Notes: generated from the letters alone by a model not told the origin. DNA of 64,000 bases from an uncultured delta proteobacterium (GCA_963745025.1 CAVUWD010000019.1:318516-382515), one strand, 5' to 3'; numbered from the stretch's first letter, positions 21,163-31,690 are shown. Translations and numbers: made by a program.

Positions 21163-21800
21163 CTAATCGTCGCCGTCACAAGATCTGGCGCCGAAGACAA
21201 TCGCACGCAACGCCAGATCGAGATCCGCGCTGGGCGTGACGATGACGGCGTTGTTGCCGCCGAGTTCGAGGATGGTCCGGCCAAAGCGGGCGTGGACGAC
21301 GGCGGTAACCTTCTTCCCCATCGCGCATGAGTCGGTGGCGGAGACGAGCGGCACACGCGAATCGGCGGCGAGAGATTGGCCGACCGTCTTCGCGTTGCCG
21401 GTGAGCAGTGTGAAGAGGGCGGGGTCCGCGCCCGTCTCGCGGCAGACGCGCTCGGCGATGCGGGTGACCGCGATGGCGCAGAGCGACGTTTTGTTCGATG
21501 GCTTCCAAAGGCAGGCGTCGCCGCAGACGGCGGCGAGCGCGGAATTCCAGGCCCAGACGGCCACGGGGAAGTTGAACGCGCTGATGATGCCGACGAGGCC
21601 GAGCGGATGCCATTGCTCTATCAGCCGGTGCCCCGGCCGTTCGCTGGCGATGGTGAGCCCGTAAAGCTGGCGCGAGAGGCCGACCGCGAAGTCGCAGATG
21701 TCGATCATCTCCTGCACCTCGCCTTCGGCTTCGGCGATGATCTTGCCCGTCTCCAGCGTGACGAGTTTGGCGAGGTCGGGCTTGGCGACGCGCAGCGCGT
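21163..21800 (-). pseudogene. Aldehyde dehydrogenase (ALDH7-like) internal fragment
   Basis: GEVQEMIDICDFAVGLSRQL, AFNFPVAVW, LELGGNNA; both ends missing. Confidence 0.85.
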
Positions 21801-21831
21801 AGAAGCGCAAGCACCACATCGTGGTCGAGCG

Positions 21832-21985
21832 GTTTAACCATGCACTCCGAGCTCGATGGTCGCGGAGACCTTCGCCTGCTGCTGGTTTGGGTTTCCCCGG
21901 GTTTCCCTTGCGAAAAGAGGCCCGAAGGGACTATCGGCAACTAGTCTTTCAGGGCTCGCCTGCTTGACCACGGCAGGCGCTATCG
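21832..21985 (+). repeat. Conserved structured leader upstream of a zinc-ribbon adenylate cyclase, copy 1
   Basis: Homologous to 50270-50411; near-identical from about 21895 into the coding start. Confidence 0.85.
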
Positions 21986-22879
21986 ATGCGTTGCTCAAAG
22001 TGTGGCCGGGAGAATCGAACCGGCCGAAGGTTCTGCGCCCATTGCGGCGCTAAACTCACGCTCGTCTGCGCCTCCTGCCAGGCGGTGAACGAGCCAGGGG
22101 AGCAGTTCTGCGGGGACTGCGGACAGCGCATCACTGAGCCCGCGAAAGCTCCGCCACGCCCGGAGCCGCGCAGCTATACCCCGAAGCATCTCGCCGACAA
22201 GATCCTCACCTCCCGTAGCGCCCTCGAGGGCGAGCGCAAGCAAGTCACCGTCTTGTTCGCCGACGTGAAGGGCTCGATGGATCTGGCCGAGCAGCTCGAC
22301 CCGGAAGCGTGGCACGAGATCCTCGACCGCTTCTTCCAGATCCTGTCCGACGGCATTCACCGCTTCGAGGGGACGGTCAACCAGTACACGGGCGACGGCA
22401 TCATGGCCCTATTCGGCGCGCCGATTGCTCACGAGGACCATGCTCAACGTGCGTGTTACGCGGCGCTCCACCTTCAGCAGGAGCTGCGGCGGTATGCAGA
22501 TGAGATCCGTCTAAAGCACGGCCTCGGCTTCTCGGTCCGTATGGGCCTGAACTCCGGCGAGGTTGTGGTCGGGAAGATCGGCGACGATCTGCGCATGGAT
22601 TACACCGCGCAAGGGCACACTGTCGGGCTCGCGTCGCGGATGGAGCAGATGGCCGATACTGGGAAGTCGCTTCTCACTGGGCACACGGCCAAGCTCGTTT
22701 CCGGTTACTTCCAACTCCGAGACCTGGGTGAAACCCGCGTCAAGGCGCTGAGCGACCTACTGCATGTCTTCGAGCTCGAGGGTATGGACCGGGTGCGGAC
22801 CCGCCTGGACGTGTCGCGCGCGCGCGGCTTCACCAAGTTCGTCGGCCGCCAGCAGTCGGTCGATCCGTGCCGCAGGTGA
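21986..22879 (+). pseudogene. Double zinc ribbon + class III cyclase, truncated before the AAA/TPR domains
   Basis: Four CxxC pairs, SYTPKHLADKILTSRSALEGERKQVTVLFADVKGS, GDG, MDYTAQGHTVGLASRM; ends at FVGR. Confidence 0.85.
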
Positions 22880-23083
22880 CCGTGCTGTTCGCCGACGTGA
22901 AGGGGTCGATGGACCTCGCCGAGCAGGTAGATCCCGAGGAGTGGCACAAGATCATGGATCTGTTCTTCGCGATCCTCTCCGACGGCGTTCACCGCTTCGA
23001 GGGCACGATCAACCAGTACACCGGTGACGGCGTCATGGCCCTTGTCGGTTCGCCAATCGGGCACGAAGATCACGCGCAGCGAG
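22873..23083 (+). pseudogene. Second cyclase fragment in tandem
   Basis: QVTVLFADVKGSMDLAEQVDPEEWHK...HEDHAQR. Confidence 0.85.
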
Positions 23084-23159
23084 GGCGGATTCCGATTGAC
23101 ACTCCCGGCAGCAGGTCCTAGTTTGACTACGCCCTGCCGTAAACAATGGAGAGGGTTCC

Positions 23160-24041
23160 ATGGTTGTAACATTCCATCAGTTACATCCCTATTTTGTCGC
23201 CGAGGTCAGTCCGGTAGCGTTGCGTAACGTTCATGACCAGGAAACACTTGCGCGGATTCGAGCGGGCATGGACCAGTACGCCGTGCTCGTATTCCACGAT
23301 CAGTTTTTGACCGACGATGAGCACATCGCCTTTGCCCAACGTTTCGATGGTCAGTTGCATACCAAAACCGGCATCAGCGCTTTGCCTGAACACAAGAGCC
23401 GTCTCGGCAACGAGGCGTTGGCCGACATCTCGAACGTCGATGAAACTGGCGAGATCCTCAAGTCTGACGATCGGCGACGCATGTACCTCCTCGGTAATCG
23501 TTTGTGGCATACCGACGCTTCGTTCCAGGACCCGCCTGGTCGCTATTCAATGCTCTCAGCCAAAGTTATTCCTGCCATCGGAGCCGACACACAATTCGCG
23601 GATATGCGGGCGGCATACGACGCACTGCCTGAAGAGATGAAGTCGCAACTGGCAGGACTTCGTGTTCATCACTCGATCGCATACTCCCGCCAAGTATTGG
23701 GGTTCGAGTTTTCCGAAAAAGAGCAAGATATCTTGAAAGGAGCGGTACACCCACTCATTCGCACCCTGTCCGGTTCAGGACGGAAGTCACTGTATGTTGC
23801 ATCGCATGCGTCGAAGATTATCGACTGGCCGACGCCCGAAGGGCGGCTGATGCTACGCGAGCTCATCGAACATGCGACTCAGCCACAGTTTATCTACCGT
23901 CACGTGTGGCGAGAGGGAGATTTGGTAATCTGGGACAATCGCGCCACCATGCATCGAGCGACGCCGTTTGCCGACGGCAAGCATCGACGTGAACTGCGAC
24001 GAGTGACAACGCTCGACATCCCGCTGCCTTCCGCACCTTGA
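23160..24041 (+). CDS. TauD/TfdA alpha-ketoglutarate dioxygenase
   Basis: WHTDAS (HxD) and WDNRATMHR motifs; visibly lower GC than its neighbours. Confidence 0.92.
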   Translation: MVVTFHQLHPYFVAEVSPVALRNVHDQETLARIRAGMDQYAVLVFHDQFLTDDEHIAFAQRFDGQLHTKTGISALPEHKSRLGNEALADISNVDETGEILKSDDRRRMYLLGNRLWHTDASFQDPPGRYSMLSAKVIPAIGADTQFADMRAAYDALPEEMKSQLAGLRVHHSIAYSRQVLGFEFSEKEQDILKGAVHPLIRTLSGSGRKSLYVASHASKIIDWPTPEGRLMLRELIEHATQPQFIYRHVWREGDLVIWDNRATMHRATPFADGKHRRELRRVTTLDIPLPSAP

Positions 24042-24301
24042 TCCGGCAATCGCTACACTCAAGAGCTTCAACACTTCATCGGACAGTTCGCGCGCTCGGT
24101 GGCGAGTGTTTCGACATGCCAGCTCGCTGGATTCATCGCCGCGGTACGCGCCGCTTGCTCCGCCTGCCACTCGGGGCGGCGTTGCTCCCGATTCCCGGGA
24201 TTCCTGGTAGGGCCATCGCAGCGCTCTCAGTACTCGGCGAAGATGTCGTCGGGATGGCAGTTCAGCCACCGCTCCCCGGGGGGGCTGAGGAGGTGCGCGC
24301 G

Positions 24302-24460
24302 ATGAAGACACTATCCGCCGAACGGTGTCGCCTGCCGGCGCGACTCGCCGCGAGTAACCGAGGCGGAGATCGCGGAGCTCCGACGGGAGATCCGCCCGGC
24401 GTGCCCGTGGGACGCGCTGCGTGTTTTGCGGTGACAGGAACACCATCCCACCATCACCCC
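24302..24460 (+). pseudogene. Pterin-4-alpha-carbinolamine dehydratase remnant
   Basis: MKTLSAERC then (frameshift) ACRRDSPRVTEAEIAEL...HPTIT. Confidence 0.55.
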
Positions 24461-24630
24461 GAGCCGGTTGACGAGCGCCTTGTGCACGCCGCAGAAGAGG
24501 GCATTCCGAGGCAGAAGTGCGGGGGTCGCCGTGCGTCCGAGATCGAGCCGGCGGGGATAGCGGTATTAGCGGGTCGGCGGAACTGCCTCGCAAGCGGTCT
24601 AGTCTCTGCCGCAACAACGGGAGGAACGCC

Positions 24631-25392
24631 ATGGACTTCGCAGGCAAGCGGGTGGTGATCACCGGATCGTCGCGCGGCATCGGGCGCGCCGCGGCCGAGG
24701 TGTTCCTGGAGGCGGGCGCGCGGGTCGCGCTCAACGGGCGCACGGCGGACTCGACCGCGGCCGGCATCGCCGCCCTGGGCGGCGGCCGCCACCTGGTCGC
24801 GGCACCGGGCGACGTCGCCAGCGTCGCCGGCTGCGAGGCGATCATCGCCGCGGCCGTCGAGGGCCTGGGCGGGCTCGACATCCTGGTCAACTCGGCCGGG
24901 ATCGGTTTCTCGCGCCCGATCGGCGAGAGCGATGAGGCGATGTGGGACGCAACCCTCGACATTAACCTGAAGGGCACGTTCTTCTGCGTGAAGGCGGCGC
25001 TGCCGCACTTGCAGGCGGCCAGGGGCAATGTCGTCAACATCGCGTCGGACGCTGGCCTGATCGGCGAGAAGGGCCTTTCGATCTACTGCGCATCCAAGGG
25101 CGGCGTGGTCAACCTGACCCGCGCCATGGCGCTGGAGCTGGCGCCCGACATCCGGGTCAACTGCGTCTGCCCGGGCTATGTCGACACCGACATGGTGCGC
25201 CGCGACGGCATCGAAAAGGCTGCCGACCCGGCCGCCGCCGAGGCAGCGCTCGTCGCCTACGCGCCACTCCGGCGGATCGCCCGGCCGCGCGAGATCGGCA
25301 AGGCGATCGCCTACCTGGCGAGCGCCGATGCGGTCTTCGTCACCGGCGCCGCGCTCGCCATCGACGGCGGCACGACGATCGGCCATCCGTAG
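24631..25392 (+). CDS. SDR family oxidoreductase
   Basis: TGSSRGIG, VNSAG, YCASK, PGYVDT; GGAGG RBS. Confidence 0.92.
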   Translation: MDFAGKRVVITGSSRGIGRAAAEVFLEAGARVALNGRTADSTAAGIAALGGGRHLVAAPGDVASVAGCEAIIAAAVEGLGGLDILVNSAGIGFSRPIGESDEAMWDATLDINLKGTFFCVKAALPHLQAARGNVVNIASDAGLIGEKGLSIYCASKGGVVNLTRAMALELAPDIRVNCVCPGYVDTDMVRRDGIEKAADPAAAEAALVAYAPLRRIARPREIGKAIAYLASADAVFVTGAALAIDGGTTIGHP

Positions 25393-25644
25393 CCTTGCAA
25401 CGCACCCCTCGCCCGCTTGCGGAAGAGGGACGGGTGAGGATCGGCATCTGCGCATCGCGCGGAGGCCGGGCTTCGGGCTAAGCTCGGGCAAAACGAGCCG
25501 AACAGGGAGAGGTCGATGGCCGGACGTGTCGAGGTCTGCCGGGCAGAGGGCGGGCGCGGCCGATGCGGGCGGCCCCGCGGCCGAGAGGATCGGCGCACGC
25601 GACCGAGAGGAGATGGACCGACACTGGCGGGACCAGCAGGGACG

Positions 25645-25900
25645 TCATGCCGGAGAGCTCGCAATGGCGAGATCCGCGACGATCCGCACACTCGGGAGGC
25701 GACGAAACACCTCGGGAGAGATCTTGATCTTCGCCGACCGGTCGCCGCTGCCGAGGATAACGTAGTCGAGATCCATCAACTGCTCATCAACGTAGATCGG
25801 GAGATCTCTTGGTAGGGCGAGCATGGTGACGCCGCCGATCGCCATGCCCGTGAGCTCCCGGGCCTCCTCCGGCTTGGCGAAGGAGAGCCGGGCCAGCGTA
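25645..25900 (-). pseudogene. YbaK/EbsC (tRNA deacylase-like) C-terminal fragment
   Basis: SFAKPEEARELTGMAIGGVT...IYVD...GSGDRSAKI. Confidence 0.7.
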
Positions 25901-26452
25901 TCTTTGCTGATTTTTTCCATTCCGTCGCGTTCCCGCCAACCCCGAGTGATCGAGCGCACCACGAGTAGCCTCCCCGGCGTCCCGCTGCTGGGCGGCCGCA
26001 CGCCCTCCGCGCCTTGACTAAAGGTGTTCGCCGGATTGACGATACGCACAGAGCAGCGCCGAATTATCGTAAGAGTCAGAGAGCCTCTGGTCGTCGCGGA
26101 GGAGTGAAACGATGGACTGCATGGTCGTCGGCCTTGTGTGTTTCGCGGTCGGCTTCGCGGTCGCGGTGTTTCTTGCGGTCGTGTTTCGCTGGGGAGATTA
26201 GGACGCCGCCGCGCTCGGCGGCTCGTGACCGGGGCGCGGTCCCGGCGAAACGCGCGAAGCCGCAGGTAGCGGCGACTTTCGCCTTTACTTCGCCCACGCC
26301 TCGACTTAGTAGCCCGCCGTGGCGAGGGTGTTGCCACCGATCACGCTGAACGGAGTCACGTACCGGGTACTGCGTCTCGACGGTAGCACTCCCGACGCGT
26401 CGCCGGCGACGCCGGGGGGTCGCTGGCTCCAAGGTAGCCTATCGTTCCCTGC

Positions 26453-26755
26453 TTGACGCAGTGGGCTCCTCTGCGGTTCTATTGCCCGTTGAGCCTTAAC
26501 TTCCTTCGCGCTGAGCACCACGAAGTTTCTCGGTCAAGCCCCGAGCAACGACTCTGGACTGCGGCCCTCCATGACGCGGTGAAAATCTGCCGCGGCCAGA
26601 CGCCCGCGTCGGACGACGACAGGCGAAGAGCGATAGCCTGGTTCGCTCGCAAGTCGGATGACGTGGCAAGCTTTGACTGGTGCTGCCGCGTGATCGGGAT
26701 CGAGCCTTCCGCTGCGCACGTCTGCGTCCAAGGCGTGGCAAAGATCAGCCGCTAG
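26453..26755 (+). CDS. Small hypothetical protein, homologous to the 60003 ORF
   Basis: PEQRLWTAALHDA...AIAWF...SFDWCCRVIGIEP; start uncertain. Confidence 0.5.
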   Translation: MTQWAPLRFYCPLSLNFLRAEHHEVSRSSPEQRLWTAALHDAVKICRGQTPASDDDRRRAIAWFARKSDDVASFDWCCRVIGIEPSAAHVCVQGVAKISR

Positions 26756-27543
26756 GACAGGCCCGCCCGCCGCCGACTACTTCGCCAGCCGAGGGAAGAC
26801 TCGAGACATCGACGACGGGTCCGTGCGGGATCCGCAAACGAGATGCACCGCCCCTGCCGGATGAGATAGCCGCGCCATCGCGTCTAGAGCCCGTCTGCGG
26901 CACTTGGCGCGCTCGGACGGCCCGTTTCAGCGCCTTCATCCCGTGGGATTGCTGGGGGTAGAGGCGTTCCTCGCGCCGTGGATCGGGGATCATAGAGGAA
27001 GGCCGTATGGTACAAGGGCGCGCGAGCATACGCCGCACTGTCAATGCTGGGAGCCTGTCGGCAAACGGCAGACCGATAGCCCACGGCAGGGGTGGCCTCC
27101 GACGCGAACTGAGCTAGACTTCTTCCGCTATTATAGACAAGTGGATCACTGACTTTGGGCCTTGGATCGTTTCAGGTTGGAGGGAGCCGAATCAACCCCA
27201 GACCTCATAGTGTTGCCATATTCTGATTCACTTCATCGCAGCTACCGGGCAGCAACTCATTGTCGAGATCGAAGGCGAGCCTGGCGCGGATGTGACACGC
27301 GCCGGTCGAACGCAAGGCGGAAGCATGGACGAACCGCTCGAGACCGGATGCGATCTCGACGAACGCGCCGAAGGACTCGAGGCAGCGGACTCTTGCCTTG
27401 CCACGCTCTCACCGTGAGGAAAACGCTCGAGCGCTCCGGCGGGGGTCAGCAGCGAGCGCGCTCAGCGATCGGCCGAAGCGGCTGCGGCCACCCGTCTAGT
27501 CGGGCTCGAGCTTCAGCACCTTTGCCTGACAATCTGGCCGACC

Positions 27544-28050
27544 TCAAGAGCTTCGCCCCCCGAGACGTTCATCCACAGCGAGCTCGAGCGCCCCGAGCGC
27601 TTGCACGTACTCGACCGGCAAGCCGTGCCGGCGGGCGCCGTCGAGCAGCAAGCCAAGGTACCGCGAGGAAGGCTTCCGTCCTGCCGATGCGAAGGAAGAT
27701 CGATAGGTGAACGCGTCCACCCGCTCTTTATCGACACAGAGCAGTACCGGTGTTCTCTCGTAGAGCCCTCTCGGAACGCCCTCAGCCCGATCGAGGCGGT
27801 CACATTCCGAAGCACCGAGAAGATAGGCGACGCCCCAGATGTGCGCCCCGGCCACGAGCTCGACGTTCGCCACTCCGCGCTCCCCCGGGCCCACGGGAAT
27901 GCTGAAGCACAGACGATAGCCCTCGAGCCGCGCGCGCTGGGTGGCGAGCGGATGCATGCCCCGCCGTTCGACGAAGATCGCCGGGCTCATGTTGCTGCCG
28001 TAGGCGAAATACCAGAGGGCATTGCCCGGGGCGTCGTTTGGCTCGGACAC
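27544..28050 (-). CDS. Gamma-glutamylcyclotransferase family protein
   Basis: YFAYGSNM, LDRAEG, PSSRYL. Confidence 0.9.
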   Translation of the reverse strand: MSEPNDAPGNALWYFAYGSNMSPAIFVERRGMHPLATQRARLEGYRLCFSIPVGPGERGVANVELVAGAHIWGVAYLLGASECDRLDRAEGVPRGLYERTPVLLCVDKERVDAFTYRSSFASAGRKPSSRYLGLLLDGARRHGLPVEYVQALGALELAVDERLGGRSS

Positions 28051-28181
28051 GTGCGGCTCCAGGCATCATCATGGTTGAGCGGCGGATCGATTCAAGCTGG
28101 GCCCCGTCCGGCCGACAGGCGCTGAGGTGAAGCCCTCGCTCGCCGCGAACAACCCGGGTCGAGCATGACGGCATCCCCGGG

Positions 28182-28556
28182 TCAGCAGGTCGAGTGAAAC
28201 AGTCCGCCAACCCGATCCGTCTCGACCAGCCGATTGTAGACTGGGACGGCTTCCTCGGTCTGTAGGACGTGAACGGCTATGCCTCGATCGCTAAGCAGCT
28301 TGAGCGTCTCGGGGCAGACCCGAAGCCGCTCGTACACGCCCTTGGTGAGCACGACCACCGTGGCGCCGTGCTCCAGCAACTCGGTGACGTCGGAGGGCTG
28401 GATTCCGGGCACGTGCGCAGTACCGGTCTCCGACCAATCCCACTCTCTCGCTCCGCCGGGAAAGAGCTTGGCGTCCTTGAAGGCGGGCCGACCATCGACC
28501 TCGAGGTGGCCCCAGGAAAGATGGGTGATCCTCGGAGAACGAGTGCTGCGGTTCAT
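28182..28556 (-). CDS. Mth938-like domain protein
   Basis: FKDAKLFPGGAREWDW, GIQP, GGLFHSTC. Confidence 0.85.
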   Translation of the reverse strand: MNRSTRSPRITHLSWGHLEVDGRPAFKDAKLFPGGAREWDWSETGTAHVPGIQPSDVTELLEHGATVVVLTKGVYERLRVCPETLKLLSDRGIAVHVLQTEEAVPVYNRLVETDRVGGLFHSTC

Positions 28557-28780
28557 GTTCCCGAGCTCCGTTCAGACTGCCGTGATCGAACGGCTTGAGC
28601 CTACGCTTGCTGCTCCGGCTTTTGCTCCGCCCGCTCTTCCGGTGCCGCCGGCTTCGAAAGCTCCTTCGGAGGCGAGGTGCCCTCGTTGAGCGCCTTCGGT
28701 GTTACCCCACAGAAGCAAGGCGCAGAACCAAGTTTCATGGACCGCTAAAATACAATCGTGATATCAGGTACTTAATTTGA

Positions 28781-28807
28781 TGGTCGCACCTGGACTCGAA
28801 CCAGGGA
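28781..28807 (-). other. tRNA 3'-end remnant (att-like site)
   Basis: Minus strand TCCCTGG-TTCGAGT-CCAGG-TGCGA-CCA: perfect T-arm, shortened acceptor strand and CCA, followed by AT-rich DNA. Confidence 0.6.
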
Positions 28808-29489
28808 GACGGCCGAAGGCGACGTGGCGCGCCTCATCCTGCATGACGTACGCGTTGACCGCCGCCGCGAGCGCGTTCTTTGCAGTGTCGCGAATACCGG
28901 CGAACGCTGCGAGCGCGAGCCCCTCGATCAGCACCTGCATGCCGAGGTACGTCATGTCCCAGCACGAATCCGAAAGCACGTCGTTGAAGAGGCGTTTGAG
29001 CGTCGGCGTGATCGGATAGGCGAGCTCGAACTTCTCGTGCAGGAGGCGGGAGTATGTCTCGACGTGACGCGCCTCGTCGATCACCTGCGTGGCGGCGTAG
29101 AACTTGGAATCGATGTTCGGCACCTGCTGGACGATCTTCGCCGTGCACACGAGCGCGCCCTGCTCGCCGTGCAGGAACTGCGAGTTCGACCACGCCTGCA
29201 CGTGGCGGCGGAGATTGGTGCGCTCCTTCTTCGTGAGCCTCTCCTAGACTTTCGATCCGTAGATCGAGATCGTCTCGTCGGGCAGCTCTTGAGGGTTTTC
29301 CGGGTCCAGGTCCTGCGACCAATCGATTCGTTGGTTCGTGTTCCACTGCAGGTTCTTGCCCTTCTCGTAGAGCTTGAGGAGGGCATCGCGTCCGTTCTCG
29401 TATTCCCACTCGAATGTGGTCGGGAATGCGGAATCGACGATCCACTCGGCCTTCTCGATGGGGACGGCGTAACGCGTCGTTGTGCTCAT
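28807..29489 (-). pseudogene. AurF-like ferritin-fold diiron protein with a nonsense codon and 3' truncation
   Basis: FLHGEQGAL, DEARH twice, LIEGLALA; TAG at 29244-29246; cut at the tRNA remnant. Confidence 0.8.
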
Positions 29490-29627
29490 CTCGTGAAGCT
29501 AGTCGCCCGCGCGGCGGGTCAAACCGTCACTCTGTGTGGGCGACCCCGTTCCGAATCGAGCGCGCTGCTCTCGCGGCTCTCAGGCCGGCCCCTCGTTCCA
29601 CTGGCGGACTCGGCGCCGTCGCCCAAA

Positions 29628-30179
29628 TCAGCGCGGAAATCGCGCCCCATAGGATTCGATCGGCAGCCGCAACGCGTTCGCGAGGAACGAGACCGTGTGA
29701 TAGAAGCCGGCGAGCACGATCAGCTCGAGCAGCTGCTCGTCTGAAAATTCCACCGTCAACTCGCGCCATAGCGCATCGTCGATCGTCGCCGTTTCGTGCA
29801 GGGCGTCGGCGAGCCGGACGACGAGCCGCTCGCGCCGGCTCCAAGCGGGATCATCGGCGCCGCCTTCTTTCGTCGCGCGAATCTGCTCCGGTGTGAGCCC
29901 AGCCTTCTCGGCGAAGAACGCCACGTGCACGCCCCACTCGTATTCCGAGCCGCAGCGCGCGGTCGTGCGGTCGATCATGATCTCGCGCTCGTGCAAGCGG
30001 ATCGATCCTTTGTCGAGGAGGCCGCCCGCCATGAAGCGCTGGAAAACGCGCGGGTTCCTCGCCAACGTCGTGAATAGCACGAGCGGCGCCACTCCCTCGG
30101 GCATGATTCGCTGGAGCACGGACTGAATCTCCGGTCCGAATGGCGGCTGAGCGGGAACGATCCTTCCCTCGACATCCAT
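29628..30179 (-). CDS. Carboxymuconolactone decarboxylase / AhpD-like protein
   Basis: REIMIDRT...CGSEYEWGVH; AGFYH. Confidence 0.85.
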   Translation of the reverse strand: MDVEGRIVPAQPPFGPEIQSVLQRIMPEGVAPLVLFTTLARNPRVFQRFMAGGLLDKGSIRLHEREIMIDRTTARCGSEYEWGVHVAFFAEKAGLTPEQIRATKEGGADDPAWSRRERLVVRLADALHETATIDDALWRELTVEFSDEQLLELIVLAGFYHTVSFLANALRLPIESYGARFPR

Positions 30180-30242
30180 TTTCTATCCTCCATCGCGACG
30201 GCGCGAACGACCACGCACCTAGATGCAATCGTCGCGGCATTG

Positions 30243-30284
30243 TGCTCTAAACGATAGAGCATGGATGCTCTAGAAAGTAAAGCG
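30243..30284. promoter_or_regulatory. Tandem palindromic operators between divergent genes (putative HxlR sites)
   Basis: TGCTCTA-N5-TAGAGCA (30243-30261) and TGCTCTA-N5-TAAAGCG (30266-30284). Confidence 0.6.
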
Positions 30285-30286
30285 TA

Positions 30287-30625
30287 TTGAATACCGCCGC
30301 CCGCCTCCCTCGACCCGGAACGCCGGTCCGCGGCTCGGGTAGCGGCAGACCGATCATGGCGCTCCTCGACCTGCTCGGCCGGCGTTGGGCACTGAGGCTC
30401 GTCTGGGAGCTGCGGGACCGACGCCTGAACTTCCGCGACCTGCTCGGGCTGTTGGGTGGCAATTCTGGCGCTCTGAACACTCGCATCAAGGAGCTGCGCC
30501 ATGCGGGGATCGTCGATCATCTGGATGGTCACGGCTACGGCCTGACGCCCGAAGGCAAGAAGCTTCTCGAAAGTCTGTGGCCCCTCCATCGCTGGGCCGA
30601 ACGCTGGGCCAAGAGGGAGAGCTGA
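30287..30625 (+). CDS. HxlR family winged-helix regulator
   Basis: LDLLGRRWALRLVWEL...LNTRIKEL...YGLTPEG. Confidence 0.85.
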   Translation: MNTAARLPRPGTPVRGSGSGRPIMALLDLLGRRWALRLVWELRDRRLNFRDLLGLLGGNSGALNTRIKELRHAGIVDHLDGHGYGLTPEGKKLLESLWPLHRWAERWAKRES

Positions 30626-30671
30626 TTCCGCTCCGCATTCTCGCCCAGTGCGCGAGCGCCGGCGGCAGGGG

Positions 30672-31000
30672 CTAGAAGCTAGGCGGCGGCTCGAAGCCGC
30701 CGCCGACGTCGGCGAGGCGGCGGGCGAAGTCGATCGCGGTGCGGTCCCGGAGGTATGGCGCGACGACCTGCACGCCGACCGGCAACCCGCGCCGCGTCCG
30801 GCCAACCGGTGCCGCTACCGCCGGCAAATACGCCGCGGTGATCGCGGCGGCCCAGGCCACCTGATCGCAATACCCCAATGGCCTGCCGTCGACGAGGACC
30901 GTACGGTCGGCGGCCGGCTCGCTGTGATCGTGCCGTAGCGCGGCGGTGGGCATGACCGGACAGAGCAGCACGTCGAAGTCTCGAAAGATCGCCCGTAATG
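30672..31000 (-). pseudogene. Amidase C-terminal fragment
   Basis: DVLLCPVMPT, LPAVAAPVG, GLPVGVQVVAP. Confidence 0.8.
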
Positions 31001-31140
31001 AGCCCGGCGGGCCAAAGATCATCCGATGGATGGCAAGAAGGGGGTATAAGCCGCGATCAGGACGGAGGAGGTATCCATGGAAACTGGCAAGCTCTGGATC
31101 GTCAGAAACGGGACGCAAGGTGTTCCGGGGAGAGATTGCC

Positions 31141-31389
31141 GTGACACCCGAGCTGATCCTGCACCATTACGACTTCTCATGTTTTTCGGAGAAGGTTCGC
31201 CTAGTGCTGGGAATGAAGGGCCTTCGATGGCGCTCGGTTTCAATTCCGTCGATTTTGCCGAAGCCGGACTACGTGCCGCTCACCGGAGGCTATAGGCGCG
31301 CACCCGCTCTCCAGATCGGTGCAGACATATTCTGCGACTCGGTGCGAATCGTCGAGGAATTGGAGGAGCGTTTCCCCGAACCGTCCTAG
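31141..31389 (+). pseudogene. Glutathione S-transferase N-terminal fragment
   Basis: HHYDFSCFSEKVR...LTGGYRRAP..QIGADIFCDS; ends at the CTAG of the repeat element. Confidence 0.85.
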
Positions 31390-31450
31390 AAACGGGGCGT
31401 CTCGTGTTTGGGCAGCGTCGGATATTGAGCCTTTACGTCAACTCCGCCGC
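31387..31450 (+). repeat. ~65-bp structured breakpoint element, copy 1
   Basis: Shares a 27-nt core GGGCGTCTCGTGTTTGGGCAGCGTCGG and CTTTACGTCAACTC with 59423-59486. Confidence 0.85.
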
Positions 31451-31690
31451 TTATCCCAGCTATCCTCCGCGGACTTCACGTTTTCTAGGAGCGTTCCGAA
31501 TTTACTCCCAGCAACACAAAGACGCTCGCATGGAAACGGACGTGCACGCGGAAGTCGTCCGCATCCTACCCACCTCCATATTTTTCCGTTGACCGCGGAA
31601 GCGACAGAGGATAGCGTAACGCTCGGAGTCCTGTTCAAATCGTCCGTTCGGGTCCTGGCACCGAGCGCCAGGTGGAGAGCGCATAGGTCC

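Noticed and set aside
29244-29246. Amber (pyrrolysine) readthrough here and at 11143
   Set aside because: The two TAGs appear to replace different residues (Trp and Gln), both genes are also truncated, and no pyl genes are seen; simple nonsense mutations
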